Shown: positions 29,417 through 39,400 of the stretch, piece after piece
How positions within the stretch are numbered: the stretch's first letter is position 1
How the letters are laid out: each line of letters starts with the position of its first letter
Source: Promethearchaeia archaeon
Lineage (GTDB): Archaea; Asgardarchaeota; Lokiarchaeia; Sigyniarchaeales; SOKP01
Reading direction: 5' to 3'
NCBI GenBank assembly: GCA_029856155.1
Contig: JAHQWL010000039.1
Span: 1-44,618 of the forward strand
DNA length: 44,618 nt
Position numbers and translations under genes: made by a program
The notes under the pieces: generated by a model
What the model was told of the DNA's origin: nothing
What the model saw: the letters and a program-made list of their open reading frames with translations, nothing else
Database searches by the model: none

Positions 29417-30577
29417 TTAAATTATAGCTAAGTTAGATTTATTTTCAGATGATTTCTTTGCAAAAAAATGCATCGATACTGCAATCCCGAAAATAGCAAC
29501 TAATATTATAACAATTATTATTACTTCTGTATTTGGTAGATTTATATCTTGACTCCATGGATAATTCCCATGATATAAATTATCTGGATCATTGAAATAG
29601 TTATTGTAGATAAATTGCTCTACCGTTTTTCCTGTAATTTCAAGACTAGTGCTAGAAATATGTGATAAATCATCTTCAGTAGTGTGATGATAAGGCCAAT
29701 CGGGATTATTCCAAAAATTAATTATTAAATCAGCTGAAGGGATTCTCTCACCTAAAAATGCTCTATGATCATCTATTATTGAAGCACTTTCCGGATTCGA
29801 GGGAAATTGATAGGTATAACCTAAATCTCTTCCAATTGCGAATAACTCATCCAATAATGAAGATGTTGAATATTGTTCATTAATAAATTGTAAATTTTCT
29901 CCACCTACCATATCTAATAAAATCATGCATTCAAAATTTTCTTTCTCATAATTATAAAAATTATTAATATCTGAAACAAATCTCTGAGAGCCTTCGCACC
30001 AATCCCATTCATCTATACCGTATGCGTTATCTTTGCCTTGATCTTCAGCATCAAAAAATAGAAACCATATTTGACAGGATAAATTAACTCGCTCAGTATA
30101 AAGAACCTTAGCGAGTTCAATTAAAACCGCACAACCACTTGCTCCATCATTTCCTCCTGGAACTGGGTTGTTTCTGTCTGCTATTATAGGATCTTTAGTC
30201 GCTTTAGCGCGAGAATCATAATGGGCTCCCAATATTACAATATTTGAATAATTTTCATTTAATTTAAAAAGTATATTTTGACAAGCTATAATGTCAATAG
30301 TATAATTATGGAGAAGATATGTGAAATTGCTGTTAATTTCTTTAAATTTAGAAATAAAATAATTAACACAATTTACGCGTTCTGGGGTTCCTGGTATACG
30401 AAACCCTATGTCTAACTGATCCTGCACATAAGAATAAGCAAAATCACCATTAAATTCTAATTCTATATCATAATTTTGGATTGTTATATTATTTGAAGGA
30501 AAATATACATAGATAATAGAAAATATTACTATTGATGAAAATACTATTGGAATTAAGATTTTGTATAATTTTTTTAT
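29417..30577 (-). CDS. M28 family peptidase / glutaminyl cyclase-like, membrane anchored
   Basis: GAHYD, GGNDGASG, DAED, LLDMVG, DDH, HHT..D; C-terminal TM. The frame is open from GTG 30427 back to ATA 30577, adding a signal/TM segment and FNGDFAYSYV. Confidence 0.88.
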   Translation of the reverse strand: MKKLYKILIPIVFSSIVIFSIIYVYFPSNNITIQNYDIELEFNGDFAYSYVQDQLDIGFRIPGTPERVNCVNYFISKFKEINSNFTYLLHNYTIDIIACQNILFKLNENYSNIVILGAHYDSRAKATKDPIIADRNNPVPGGNDGASGCAVLIELAKVLYTERVNLSCQIWFLFFDAEDQGKDNAYGIDEWDWCEGSQRFVSDINNFYNYEKENFECMILLDMVGGENLQFINEQYSTSSLLDELFAIGRDLGYTYQFPSNPESASIIDDHRAFLGERIPSADLIINFWNNPDWPYHHTTEDDLSHISSTSLEITGKTVEQFIYNNYFNDPDNLYHGNYPWSQDINLPNTEVIIIVIILVAIFGIAVSMHFFAKKSSENKSNLAII

Positions 30578-30657
30578 CCAAATTCACCTAATAATAAAAA
30601 ATAATTTTGAATAAACCCTAATAATTATCGAAAATAAAAAAAATAAAAAATATGAAT

Positions 30658-31080
30658 TTATTTAGGCTCAAAACCTAAATCTACTCTTGTTTCACCTTTG
30701 ATATCTGTTTCAATAAAAGTTGCTTTAACAGGCATTCCAATATTAATTGTTTCAGGTTTGCTTTCGTCTACTCCTATTAATTGTCCGCTTATCATTGGTC
30801 CTTCGTCGAGCTTTATCACTGAAAAACAATAAGGTTTATTTCTACCATATCCTTTTTCAACAAAGAATGGAGTTCCTACGGTAATACTAGTAAAAGCAGC
30901 GAGTTTCCCAATCCCTGACATTTTCACCCATTCCATATTTGCTGTATTGCATTTAGGACACAATTTTCTAACTGGAACATACATAAGCCCACAATCTTTG
31001 CATTTTGAACCCATTAATTTCTTTTCAGCTAAAAAATCTAAATAGCTTTTTATCGTAAACTCTCTCTCACTTTCAGACAT
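30658..31080 (-). CDS. DUF35 family Zn-ribbon + OB-fold protein (thiolase partner)
   Basis: CKDCG...P.RKLCPKC, LDEGP, IGMPVKATF; 12 bp downstream of the thiolase. Confidence 0.92.
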   Translation of the reverse strand: MSESEREFTIKSYLDFLAEKKLMGSKCKDCGLMYVPVRKLCPKCNTANMEWVKMSGIGKLAAFTSITVGTPFFVEKGYGRNKPYCFSVIKLDEGPMISGQLIGVDESKPETINIGMPVKATFIETDIKGETRVDLGFEPK

Positions 31081-31092
31081 TTTTTCTCACCT

Positions 31093-32352
31093 CTATTTTT
31101 CAAATATTGTTACCACGCATGTGGCTCCTGAGCCTCCTAGATTATGAGTTAACATTCGCTCTACATCAAATTTAACTTGCCTATTTCTCTCAGCTATACC
31201 TCTCATTTGTTTAAATACTTCCACACAAAATGCAGCTCCAGTAGCGCCTACAGGGTGTCCCTTACTCTTTAATCCTCCACTTGTATTAATTGGTAACGTC
31301 CCATCTCGCTTTGTTTCTCCATTTCTAATTGCTTCAACTGCTTTACCCTTTTCATAAAAACCTAAATCTTCTAAAGCAACAATTTCTGCGATGGTGAAGC
31401 AATCATGAACTTCAGCAATCTGAATATCTTTAGGTTGTAATCCTGACATTTCATAAGCTTGTCGTGCTGCCTCTTTTGAAGCAACAAAACTAGTTAATTC
31501 ATTTCTGTCATGCAAAGATAATGCTGCACTCCCTTGACCCGTACCAGTAATCCGAATTGGGGAGTCTGTAAAGTTTTTCGCTACATCTTCAGCTGCTAAA
31601 AATACACAAGCAGCTCCATCAGTAATCAGACTACAGTCAAATAAACGTAATGGGTAAGCGATTATTGGATTTGATCTACTTTTAAGGAAGTCAAACTCAT
31701 CTTTCCAATCAGGAATCTCTCCTCCAGATTTCTCGATCTTTGCTATTTTACTTTTCATCATATCACTAATTGAACTTTGCATATGTGCATAGGGATTTTC
31801 ATTCCCATTCTCATGATTTTTTATTCCAACTCTCATTAAATCTTCAACTGTAGTGCCATATTTATGAAAGTGTGCTGATGCTAGAGTTCCATACAATCCT
31901 GGAAATGTGGCTCCAGCAGGATATTCGAATAAACTGTCTGATGCTGTTGCTAACACATCAGTGACATTCACTGTTGGCTGTTCTGTCATGCATTCAACAC
32001 CTGACACTGCAATAACATCATGAACTCCCGATGCAATTGCCAATATTGCTTGTCGAAGTGCAATTCCACTACTAGCACAAGCTCCTTCAAAACGACCCGC
32101 TGGCTTTGGAGTTAATCCTACTAAATCTGCCATCTGGGGTCCAAGATGTCCTTGATGATTAAATAGATCTGAAGAATAATTACCAACATAACAGGCATCA
32201 ATATCTTTAGGATCAATCCCATTATCAACTCTACTTACTGCATCTAACCATGCATCAACCCATAAATCTGGATTCCGCTTATGAGGAAAATGTACTCCAA
32301 ATTTACTCATTCCCGCTCCAATCATTGCTACTTTTCTTGCTAACTTTCCCAT
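31093..32352 (-). CDS. Archaeal/SCP2-type thiolase (acetyl-CoA acyltransferase)
   Basis: EGACASS (catalytic Cys), DCS.ITDGAA, EVHDCF, NTSGGL..KGHPVGATG, HNLGG. Confidence 0.95.
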   Translation of the reverse strand: MGKLARKVAMIGAGMSKFGVHFPHKRNPDLWVDAWLDAVSRVDNGIDPKDIDACYVGNYSSDLFNHQGHLGPQMADLVGLTPKPAGRFEGACASSGIALRQAILAIASGVHDVIAVSGVECMTEQPTVNVTDVLATASDSLFEYPAGATFPGLYGTLASAHFHKYGTTVEDLMRVGIKNHENGNENPYAHMQSSISDMMKSKIAKIEKSGGEIPDWKDEFDFLKSRSNPIIAYPLRLFDCSLITDGAACVFLAAEDVAKNFTDSPIRITGTGQGSAALSLHDRNELTSFVASKEAARQAYEMSGLQPKDIQIAEVHDCFTIAEIVALEDLGFYEKGKAVEAIRNGETKRDGTLPINTSGGLKSKGHPVGATGAAFCVEVFKQMRGIAERNRQVKFDVERMLTHNLGGSGATCVVTIFEK

Positions 32353-32602
32353 AATTTCATCAATTTTTATATAAAATTTAGTTTTAAGATCTTAAAGGTT
32401 TGAGTTAAGGAAAAATTATAATTCTTACCATTTCGTAGATAAAGAAATTAGACAAATCAGTTATTTTTTTCTAATGTTCCGAAAAAGTTAATAATAAAAA
32501 TCAATATTAAAAACCATATTTATGAAATGAATTTCTAATTGATTATAATTCATAAAGCAACATTTTACTGGAAAAAATTAGTAAATTTATTGATTCGAAA
32601 CC

Positions 32603-33955
32603 ATGAGTAAAGAAGATTCGATAATTGGTGAAGGTTTTTCTCAAGGAGCTAATTTATTAAAAGGAATTGTAGGCTGGGGGTGTATTCCTGTTCATTGGTA
32701 TTATGGACTTTTTTTTATTTCGTTTAATGTAAATGTATTACTGTTATTTTTTATAGAAATAGGAAAAGTTGGTTTTGAAGCTATGATGTTTTTAAGTGGT
32801 ATGTTTTTAACTATGGGTGTTTTTAGAGCAGAAAAAAGTGAAACTCATTCTTGGAAGAGTTGGTATAAAAAAAGATTAGTAAGAATATACCCAATTCTAA
32901 TTATAGCATCTTTAGCTAACTTATATTTTTTCTTCTTTTTTTTTAATGTAGAGCATGATATGAATACAATATTACTATGTCTCAGTGGATTACAATCGAT
33001 TCCAATTAATCCCGATTATTGGGGTATTGTATCACATTACTGGTTTTTTACATTAATGTTAAGTTGTTATCTATTTTTTCCATTTTTTTATTATTTAATA
33101 AAAAAGCGATTTAAATTAATGGTTGTTGTAAGTATTGTTCTTTATGTGTGTTTTATTGTTTTTTTCGATACTTTTAATTCATTCTCACAATACATCATGT
33201 ATGAGTGGTTTGGAAATGAATTAAATTTGTGGTGGTATAGTTTACTTACACCAAGATATTTTTCTTTCTTTTTTGGAATGCTATATGGATTTTGGATCGG
33301 ACAACATGATATTAAAAAAAACAACATTTTCCAAAATAGGATTAAAATTAAACTCATTTTGCTTATCTCTTTAATTATCCTTTTTATTTTACACTTATAT
33401 TTTTTATCCTTTTTACTTCCAAGAGGGACGAGAGGTTATGTCACCCAAAATATCTTTTACTCTAATTTAACAAAAACTTTTACGTTCCCTTCAATGGGAG
33501 TCTTGTTAACAATTTTAACCCTTATGATCTTTAATAAAAAGCCAAGAGTTAATAAAATCTTTGAGATTCCAGGAAAAGAAGTCTTTGAAATTATTTTATT
33601 TCATAGCATAATATTAGGTTTAAATAGTTATATTATTTTAAGTATAGCGACTATAAAAAAAGCTGATGTATGGTTTATTTCTTTTCCATTAGTGTTTATT
33701 CTCTCCTTCTTGTTGGCATTTCCTTTTTATCGTTTAGGTGAATGGATAAAAAATAAAAAGAATATTCAATCCACAATTATAATTATTGCTATAAGTCTAA
33801 TAATATATGGAATAATTTCAAATCTTCTTTTTTTCTTCCATATTCCTGAATTAAATGATTTTTCTTCAATTATTTTATTTGATTCGATTCTTATATTTGT
33901 GGTTATGTCATCTATTTTATACTTAAAATTTACAATACCTAAAATATTAATATAA
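32603..33955 (+). CDS. Acyltransferase-3 (OafA/WecH-like) membrane O-acyltransferase
   Basis: LLKGI......VH, MFLSG, KKRLVRIYP, HYWFF....CYL.FP, FFFGM; many TM segments. Confidence 0.78.
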   Translation: MSKEDSIIGEGFSQGANLLKGIVGWGCIPVHWYYGLFFISFNVNVLLLFFIEIGKVGFEAMMFLSGMFLTMGVFRAEKSETHSWKSWYKKRLVRIYPILIIASLANLYFFFFFFNVEHDMNTILLCLSGLQSIPINPDYWGIVSHYWFFTLMLSCYLFFPFFYYLIKKRFKLMVVVSIVLYVCFIVFFDTFNSFSQYIMYEWFGNELNLWWYSLLTPRYFSFFFGMLYGFWIGQHDIKKNNIFQNRIKIKLILLISLIILFILHLYFLSFLLPRGTRGYVTQNIFYSNLTKTFTFPSMGVLLTILTLMIFNKKPRVNKIFEIPGKEVFEIILFHSIILGLNSYIILSIATIKKADVWFISFPLVFILSFLLAFPFYRLGEWIKNKKNIQSTIIIIAISLIIYGIISNLLFFFHIPELNDFSSIILFDSILIFVVMSSILYLKFTIPKILI

Positions 33956-34045
33956 AATTCTACTTCTATTGTTATCTTTGAAGTAATTTTGATTTCTACA
34001 CTTATAATTACCTATTTTTTAAGTCAAAAGAGCCTTATAAATACT

Positions 34046-35173
34046 TTATCTAAAGAATATTATTCGTTTAGCAATATAACTTGAAAAAGATTCATAAATC
34101 CTATTTAATCCTGAAGCACCTAAAAAAATCATAGGATAAAAGCCTTGATGTATATATTTGGTTTCAGCAATACCCAATAGCATTTGGGAATATATTAAGA
34201 CCATAAAAAGTCCGTAGAGTTTAATCCATTTAAATAAAGTATCCTTTTTGTTGAACAAACACAGAATTAATAAAGTTATTCCCCATGAACCAAAGGTCCA
34301 TTTCAATAATGCAAATTCATATAAAATTTGATTAATTCTTATCTCCAGAAACATCATTATCATCCCAATCGAACCGTATTCATTACCGTCATACGCTCGT
34401 GTATGCCATACAAAATAAGCCCTAGGGTCCGCACTAAAAGGTTGAGGAATAACTATTATTTGCATTATGAAATATGTTAATATGCCTGGAACGATGAATA
34501 GAATACTTCTTAAAAAAGTATTAAACATTGCTTTTTTGTTTTTAGTTCTATCTCTTTTCATAAATTCATATATTATGTATACTGGAATTGTAATAAGAAC
34601 AATTTCTTTAGCCAGTACACCTAAAACAAGGCAAATACAATAAAATTTCTTTTTTTCAGATAGTATACAATAAAAACTACACATTATAAAAAATAAAGTT
34701 ATACAATCTATATTATAAACTTCATAAAGATAGGCATGATAAAAAGCGTGTTCTGGAAATAATTCAATTCCTGCAGTAGGAATATAATTTAAATAGCAAA
34801 ATACAAAAAGACCAAATATTGATATACTCTTATTAAATTCTAGCCTTAACGTAAAATAAAGGATTAAACCGGTGAAATATATTGAAAAGAAGTTAATTAA
34901 TGAATAATTAGTTTCAAAATCGAATGGTAATATCCCTGCGATAAGTGGTACTAAAGGCCTATAGCAAAAAGGTGTAATAATTTGGCTTTTAAAAATTGAA
35001 AATATATCCTGTGACATTTTTACATAATAATCCCAATCTATAACCCATTCCCCAATAGGAAATAGACGCCCTTTAAAAATCGGGATTGTCATTCTCACAA
35101 GAAATAAATAGAATAAAAAAATCAAAAAAACAATTGTTTCTACTCTATATTTTTTGAATTTTTCTCTAATCAT
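34046..35173 (-). CDS. GT-C-like polytopic membrane protein (paralog B)
   Basis: TM1 followed by an external loop DWDYY..M...PFCYRPLVP; LGVLAKE motif; roughly 10 TM. Confidence 0.55.
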   Translation of the reverse strand: MIREKFKKYRVETIVFLIFLFYLFLVRMTIPIFKGRLFPIGEWVIDWDYYVKMSQDIFSIFKSQIITPFCYRPLVPLIAGILPFDFETNYSLINFFSIYFTGLILYFTLRLEFNKSISIFGLFVFCYLNYIPTAGIELFPEHAFYHAYLYEVYNIDCITLFFIMCSFYCILSEKKKFYCICLVLGVLAKEIVLITIPVYIIYEFMKRDRTKNKKAMFNTFLRSILFIVPGILTYFIMQIIVIPQPFSADPRAYFVWHTRAYDGNEYGSIGMIMMFLEIRINQILYEFALLKWTFGSWGITLLILCLFNKKDTLFKWIKLYGLFMVLIYSQMLLGIAETKYIHQGFYPMIFLGASGLNRIYESFSSYIAKRIIFFR

Positions 35174-36269
35174 TATATGATCTTCTTTTTATTCTTTCAA
35201 TAACCAATTCATAAATTCTATTTAATCCCGAAATTGATAGATATATCATTGGGAAAAATCCATAATATACTGGACGTGTCCTGGCAAATCCTAAAAATAA
35301 CTGTAGGTATATTAAAATCATGAAAATAACGTATAATTTAACCCAATTAACAAATTCTTTTTTCTTATTAAAAAAAAACAATAAAAAAGTATGTATTCCC
35401 CAAATACCAATCGTGTATTCAATAAAACCGTACCCTAGAGACAATTCTTCAAATCTAAGGTTAATAAAGATTAAAATCATTTCAATTGAGAAATATTCAT
35501 TACCTTGATACAAACTTGACCAATAAGGGTAATTATTAATAGAATCAGGAATAATAATAAGACGTAATAAGATGAAAACTCCGACACTTGGGATTAAATA
35601 TTTTGAACTTTTTAAAATCTCTAAGATTCTTATTTTAAATTTCACACCCTCTTCTTGGTTTATATATAGGTAAATAAAATAAACTGGTATAGTAAATATA
35701 ACAATTTCTTTTGTCAAGACTCCTAAAGTCAGAAATATACAATATAATTTATTATTCGATTTTAGAATACTGTAAAAACAACACATTAAGAAGAAATATG
35801 CTAAAGGATCAACCATATAATTAAGATAAAAGTATACATAAAAAAAATAATAATTTTGAAATGAAGGAATTCCTGGTACCATATGATTCAATAAACAAAA
35901 GAAAATAAGGCCAACAATTGATATTTTTTTATCAAAATATAATCTTAGAGTGAAGTAAAGCACAATTCCCGTTAAATAAATCGCAATAAAATTGATTAAA
36001 GCAAAACTAAGCTGTAAATTGAGGGGTATTACCCAAGCAAGAAAAGGTACTAACGGTCTATAACAAAAAGGAGCTATTACTTCACTTCTAAAGATAGTAC
36101 TAGGATCGTTAGCCATATGAAGATAAAAATCCCAATCGAACCAAGTATAACTTAAAGGAATAGCAATGGGAATTATAATTCTTACAAAAATCAAATATAT
36201 GAGAAATACTGAGAAAACAATAAATTCTAATTTGTAATTTAATGCCTTCTTTTTAATTTTCATGTTCAC
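35166..36269 (-). CDS. GT-C-like polytopic membrane protein (paralog A)
   Basis: DWDFY..M...PFCYRPLVP, VDP, LGVLTKE; overlaps paralog B by 8 bp. Confidence 0.55.
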   Translation of the reverse strand: MNMKIKKKALNYKLEFIVFSVFLIYLIFVRIIIPIAIPLSYTWFDWDFYLHMANDPSTIFRSEVIAPFCYRPLVPFLAWVIPLNLQLSFALINFIAIYLTGIVLYFTLRLYFDKKISIVGLIFFCLLNHMVPGIPSFQNYYFFYVYFYLNYMVDPLAYFFLMCCFYSILKSNNKLYCIFLTLGVLTKEIVIFTIPVYFIYLYINQEEGVKFKIRILEILKSSKYLIPSVGVFILLRLIIIPDSINNYPYWSSLYQGNEYFSIEMILIFINLRFEELSLGYGFIEYTIGIWGIHTFLLFFFNKKKEFVNWVKLYVIFMILIYLQLFLGFARTRPVYYGFFPMIYLSISGLNRIYELVIERIKRRSYND

Positions 36270-36460
36270 TATTTTTTTTTGGTTTAAAATACTATTAAAA
36301 CTTTAGATTTTTTTTGAAATAAATAGAAAATAATCATTTTCAACAACTCATAAAAAGTTAACCTTATACTAAAACATTTTTAAGAATACAATGATATTAT
36401 TATAATTAATTACAATTTAGTGAACTTAAAAATAGACAGATTTGTAGAGAGTGTTTATAT

Positions 36461-39400
36461 ATGAATTTTGATAAAAATGTAAGAACATATATTTTTTTTT
36501 CTTTACTCTTGATTGTTATCATATTAAATAGTACCTCACCTAATCAATTTCTTTTTCAAAATCCTCATTCGGCTGGGTCTACAGCTCCAACTTTTTCTAT
36601 TTTTTTTCCTTTCGAAACAACTGATATGACACCAGATGTTTCAATACAAGTAAATGATTCTGAAAGTGGATTAAATGTCGATTCGGCATATTACGCTTAT
36701 ACGAATAATGGATCTGAGCCTACAGATTTTAGTAATCCATATAGAGATAATTTTAACGATAATACAATTGCAGAGTTTTGGTCATATCGGAATCAAGATA
36801 ATGGTACTTTTCTTGAGAGTGAAAATAATTTAACTATAACAGATTTGAATGGTGATCATGAATGGAATGGAGATATACGTAACGCCCCTTTTATGTATCA
36901 AACTATCTCTGGTGATGTTATCACTCAAGTTAAATTATCAGTTAATTTCCAAAATAAAGGTGACGTTGGAGGAATATTAATTTGTGATGAGAATGATGAT
37001 TTTATTCGCTTTCTATATAACATTGCACCAATAGGTCCTCCTACAACGTTTTTCTATTATATTGCATTAAGGCATTCTATAAACGGTATAGATTTTCGTG
37101 ATGTAGGAATCAATATAGGTTTTGTAGATGCTATTTGGTTGCGATTAATTCGCTCTGGAGATGAGTTTGCTGCATTCTATTCTCTCGATGGAGTTGATTT
37201 TGAACTATTAAGTTTTGTTACAGTTCCACTAACTCAATTAACTGATGTGGGTATATATGCTGGTCACCAGACGAATGCGACTTTTGATGATTGGGAAATA
37301 ACACCTTGGATTGAGTTAACAGGTATAAATGGTACAACCGATCCTGAAACCATGACTGTCCATGATGTACCGTTTAATCATTATAACGAAGATGAAAATA
37401 AAATTAAGTTTAAAATAAGCGATATGAATGATAACATAGCTATTTCGAGTACATATACAGTTAATATAACTGAAATGAAAGGTCCAGTAGATTTTAGTGA
37501 TTTTCAACCTACAGAAACTAGTGAAAAGAACCCCTTAGTTCAAGTATCGGTAAAAGATACTCTTAATGGAATTAATCCATATTCTGCTTTTTATGCTTTT
37601 TCAACAAGTGGTAAAGATCCTGTTGCTTTCATGAATCCGTATAGTGACGGATTCGATGATGGAATAATACAAGATTGTTGGGAGAAAATTAATCCTTTAA
37701 ATGGAAATTTGGACGAATCAATCAGTGGCCTTAATTTCACAGATATAGGTGTTCATATCTGGAATGGTACCACACATGATGCTCCTTGTTTAACGGAAAA
37801 TATTGCTGGAATTTTTGAAGCTATTGTAAAAATTAACCCTCTTGACTTAACCGAAAACAAATCTGCAGGTATTATAGCCATTCTTGATAGTAGCCATGCT
37901 TTTAAAGTACTTTTAGAAAATAAAACAGGAATAGTAAATGTAACTTTTTATTTTATTAGCGATACTGCGACAACATTAATTGGTGAATTAACCCCTTCAG
38001 AGTCTAATCCGATTTGGTTAAAATTATTTAGAGATAATGATGATTGGACCGCTCAGTATTCCATTGATGCTGACGAATATGCAACCTACATTACAATTGG
38101 TTCGTATACATTTACGTCGTGGATTGGTGCTTTTTCAGGTCAATCGTACTATTATGCAATTCCTCGAGCCGCTGCGAAAGTGGGTTTAATTGTTGAGCGT
38201 GGAGCTTCGATATTGTTTGAAGATTGGGATCCTACACCTAAATTAGATGTTTCGGGAATTAATGGGTCAATATCTAAAGAAATCATTACAGTGAATCCTG
38301 TATATTTTGATCAGTTTTCTGAAACAGACAATAAAATTATGTTTCGTATTAATAATACTAACAATGAACAAAGTTCTAGTTCGATATATACGGTTAACAG
38401 TACAACAATTTACGAATTTAGAGATCACACGCTATTAAACGATGATTCAACACTTAAAATTATTGATGGCAAGGGTAATACCGTTTGGTCTTGGAATACC
38501 TCTATTAGTGCTGGAGATCTAGAAATGCTTCCTAATGGGAATATCTTAGCAGTAAAATATGGTGGTATGCAATCAGCTGACGCAGAAATTTGGGAGATTA
38601 ATATAACTACTAATGAAATTGTTTGGAATCTTACAATTGTAGGTGGTCGTCCACTAAATTGGACACATGATACAGATTATTTAGGTTTTGATGAGAATGG
38701 AGATGAAACATTCTTAATAGCAGATACCTCTAGTAATCGAGTAGTGGAATGTTACAGGAATGGAACAATTAAATGGGGGTGGAACGCTACAGATCATTAT
38801 ACTTTTGGTTTTTCTGCTGAAAATGATACTTTACTTGAAGGTGGATGGGATTGGACTCATTTAAATGATGCGGATCGCTTACCAGATGGATCAACAATGA
38901 TCAGTTTACGAAATTTTGATAAAGTAATTATCGTAAATACAACAGAAACGGGAGAAGTTCTTTGGGAGTATGGAGAGTATGGGAATTATACTTTTTGTCA
39001 GCACCAACATAATCCAGAATACACACCCCAAGGAACAATCCTTATCGCAGATTCGGAAAATCAACGTATAATCGAAGTTAATAAGACAACTAAAGAAATA
39101 ATTTGGGAATATGCTCCCACTGGAGATGAAGCTTTATCATGGCCTCGTGATGCTGATATACTCCCAAACGGTAATATGCTAATTGGTGATTCAGCACGAA
39201 TGGGGGGAAATAATAGAATATGGGAAATTAATAGGGAAACTAAAGAAGTTGTATGGTATTATGATACATCGGGCGCTAATTATGACGCAGACCGTTTAGA
39301 TACAATTCTTCCAAGTATTAACATAAAAAGTCCCACTAATACTACTTATGAGGGATCTATCTCAATTACGATCTCTTTAGAGAACGTTGATCCATGGTAT

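Noticed and set aside
1407-37507. Short ORF-track entries nested in or antisense to larger genes (e.g. 1407, 2771, 5011, 6319, 10783, 14141, 15128, 15626, 20295, 20912, 21639, 22531, 23198, 23926, 25539, 26104, 27778, 33142, 35320, 37316)
   Set aside because: These are shadow ORFs of well-supported genes, with no motifs or SD support.
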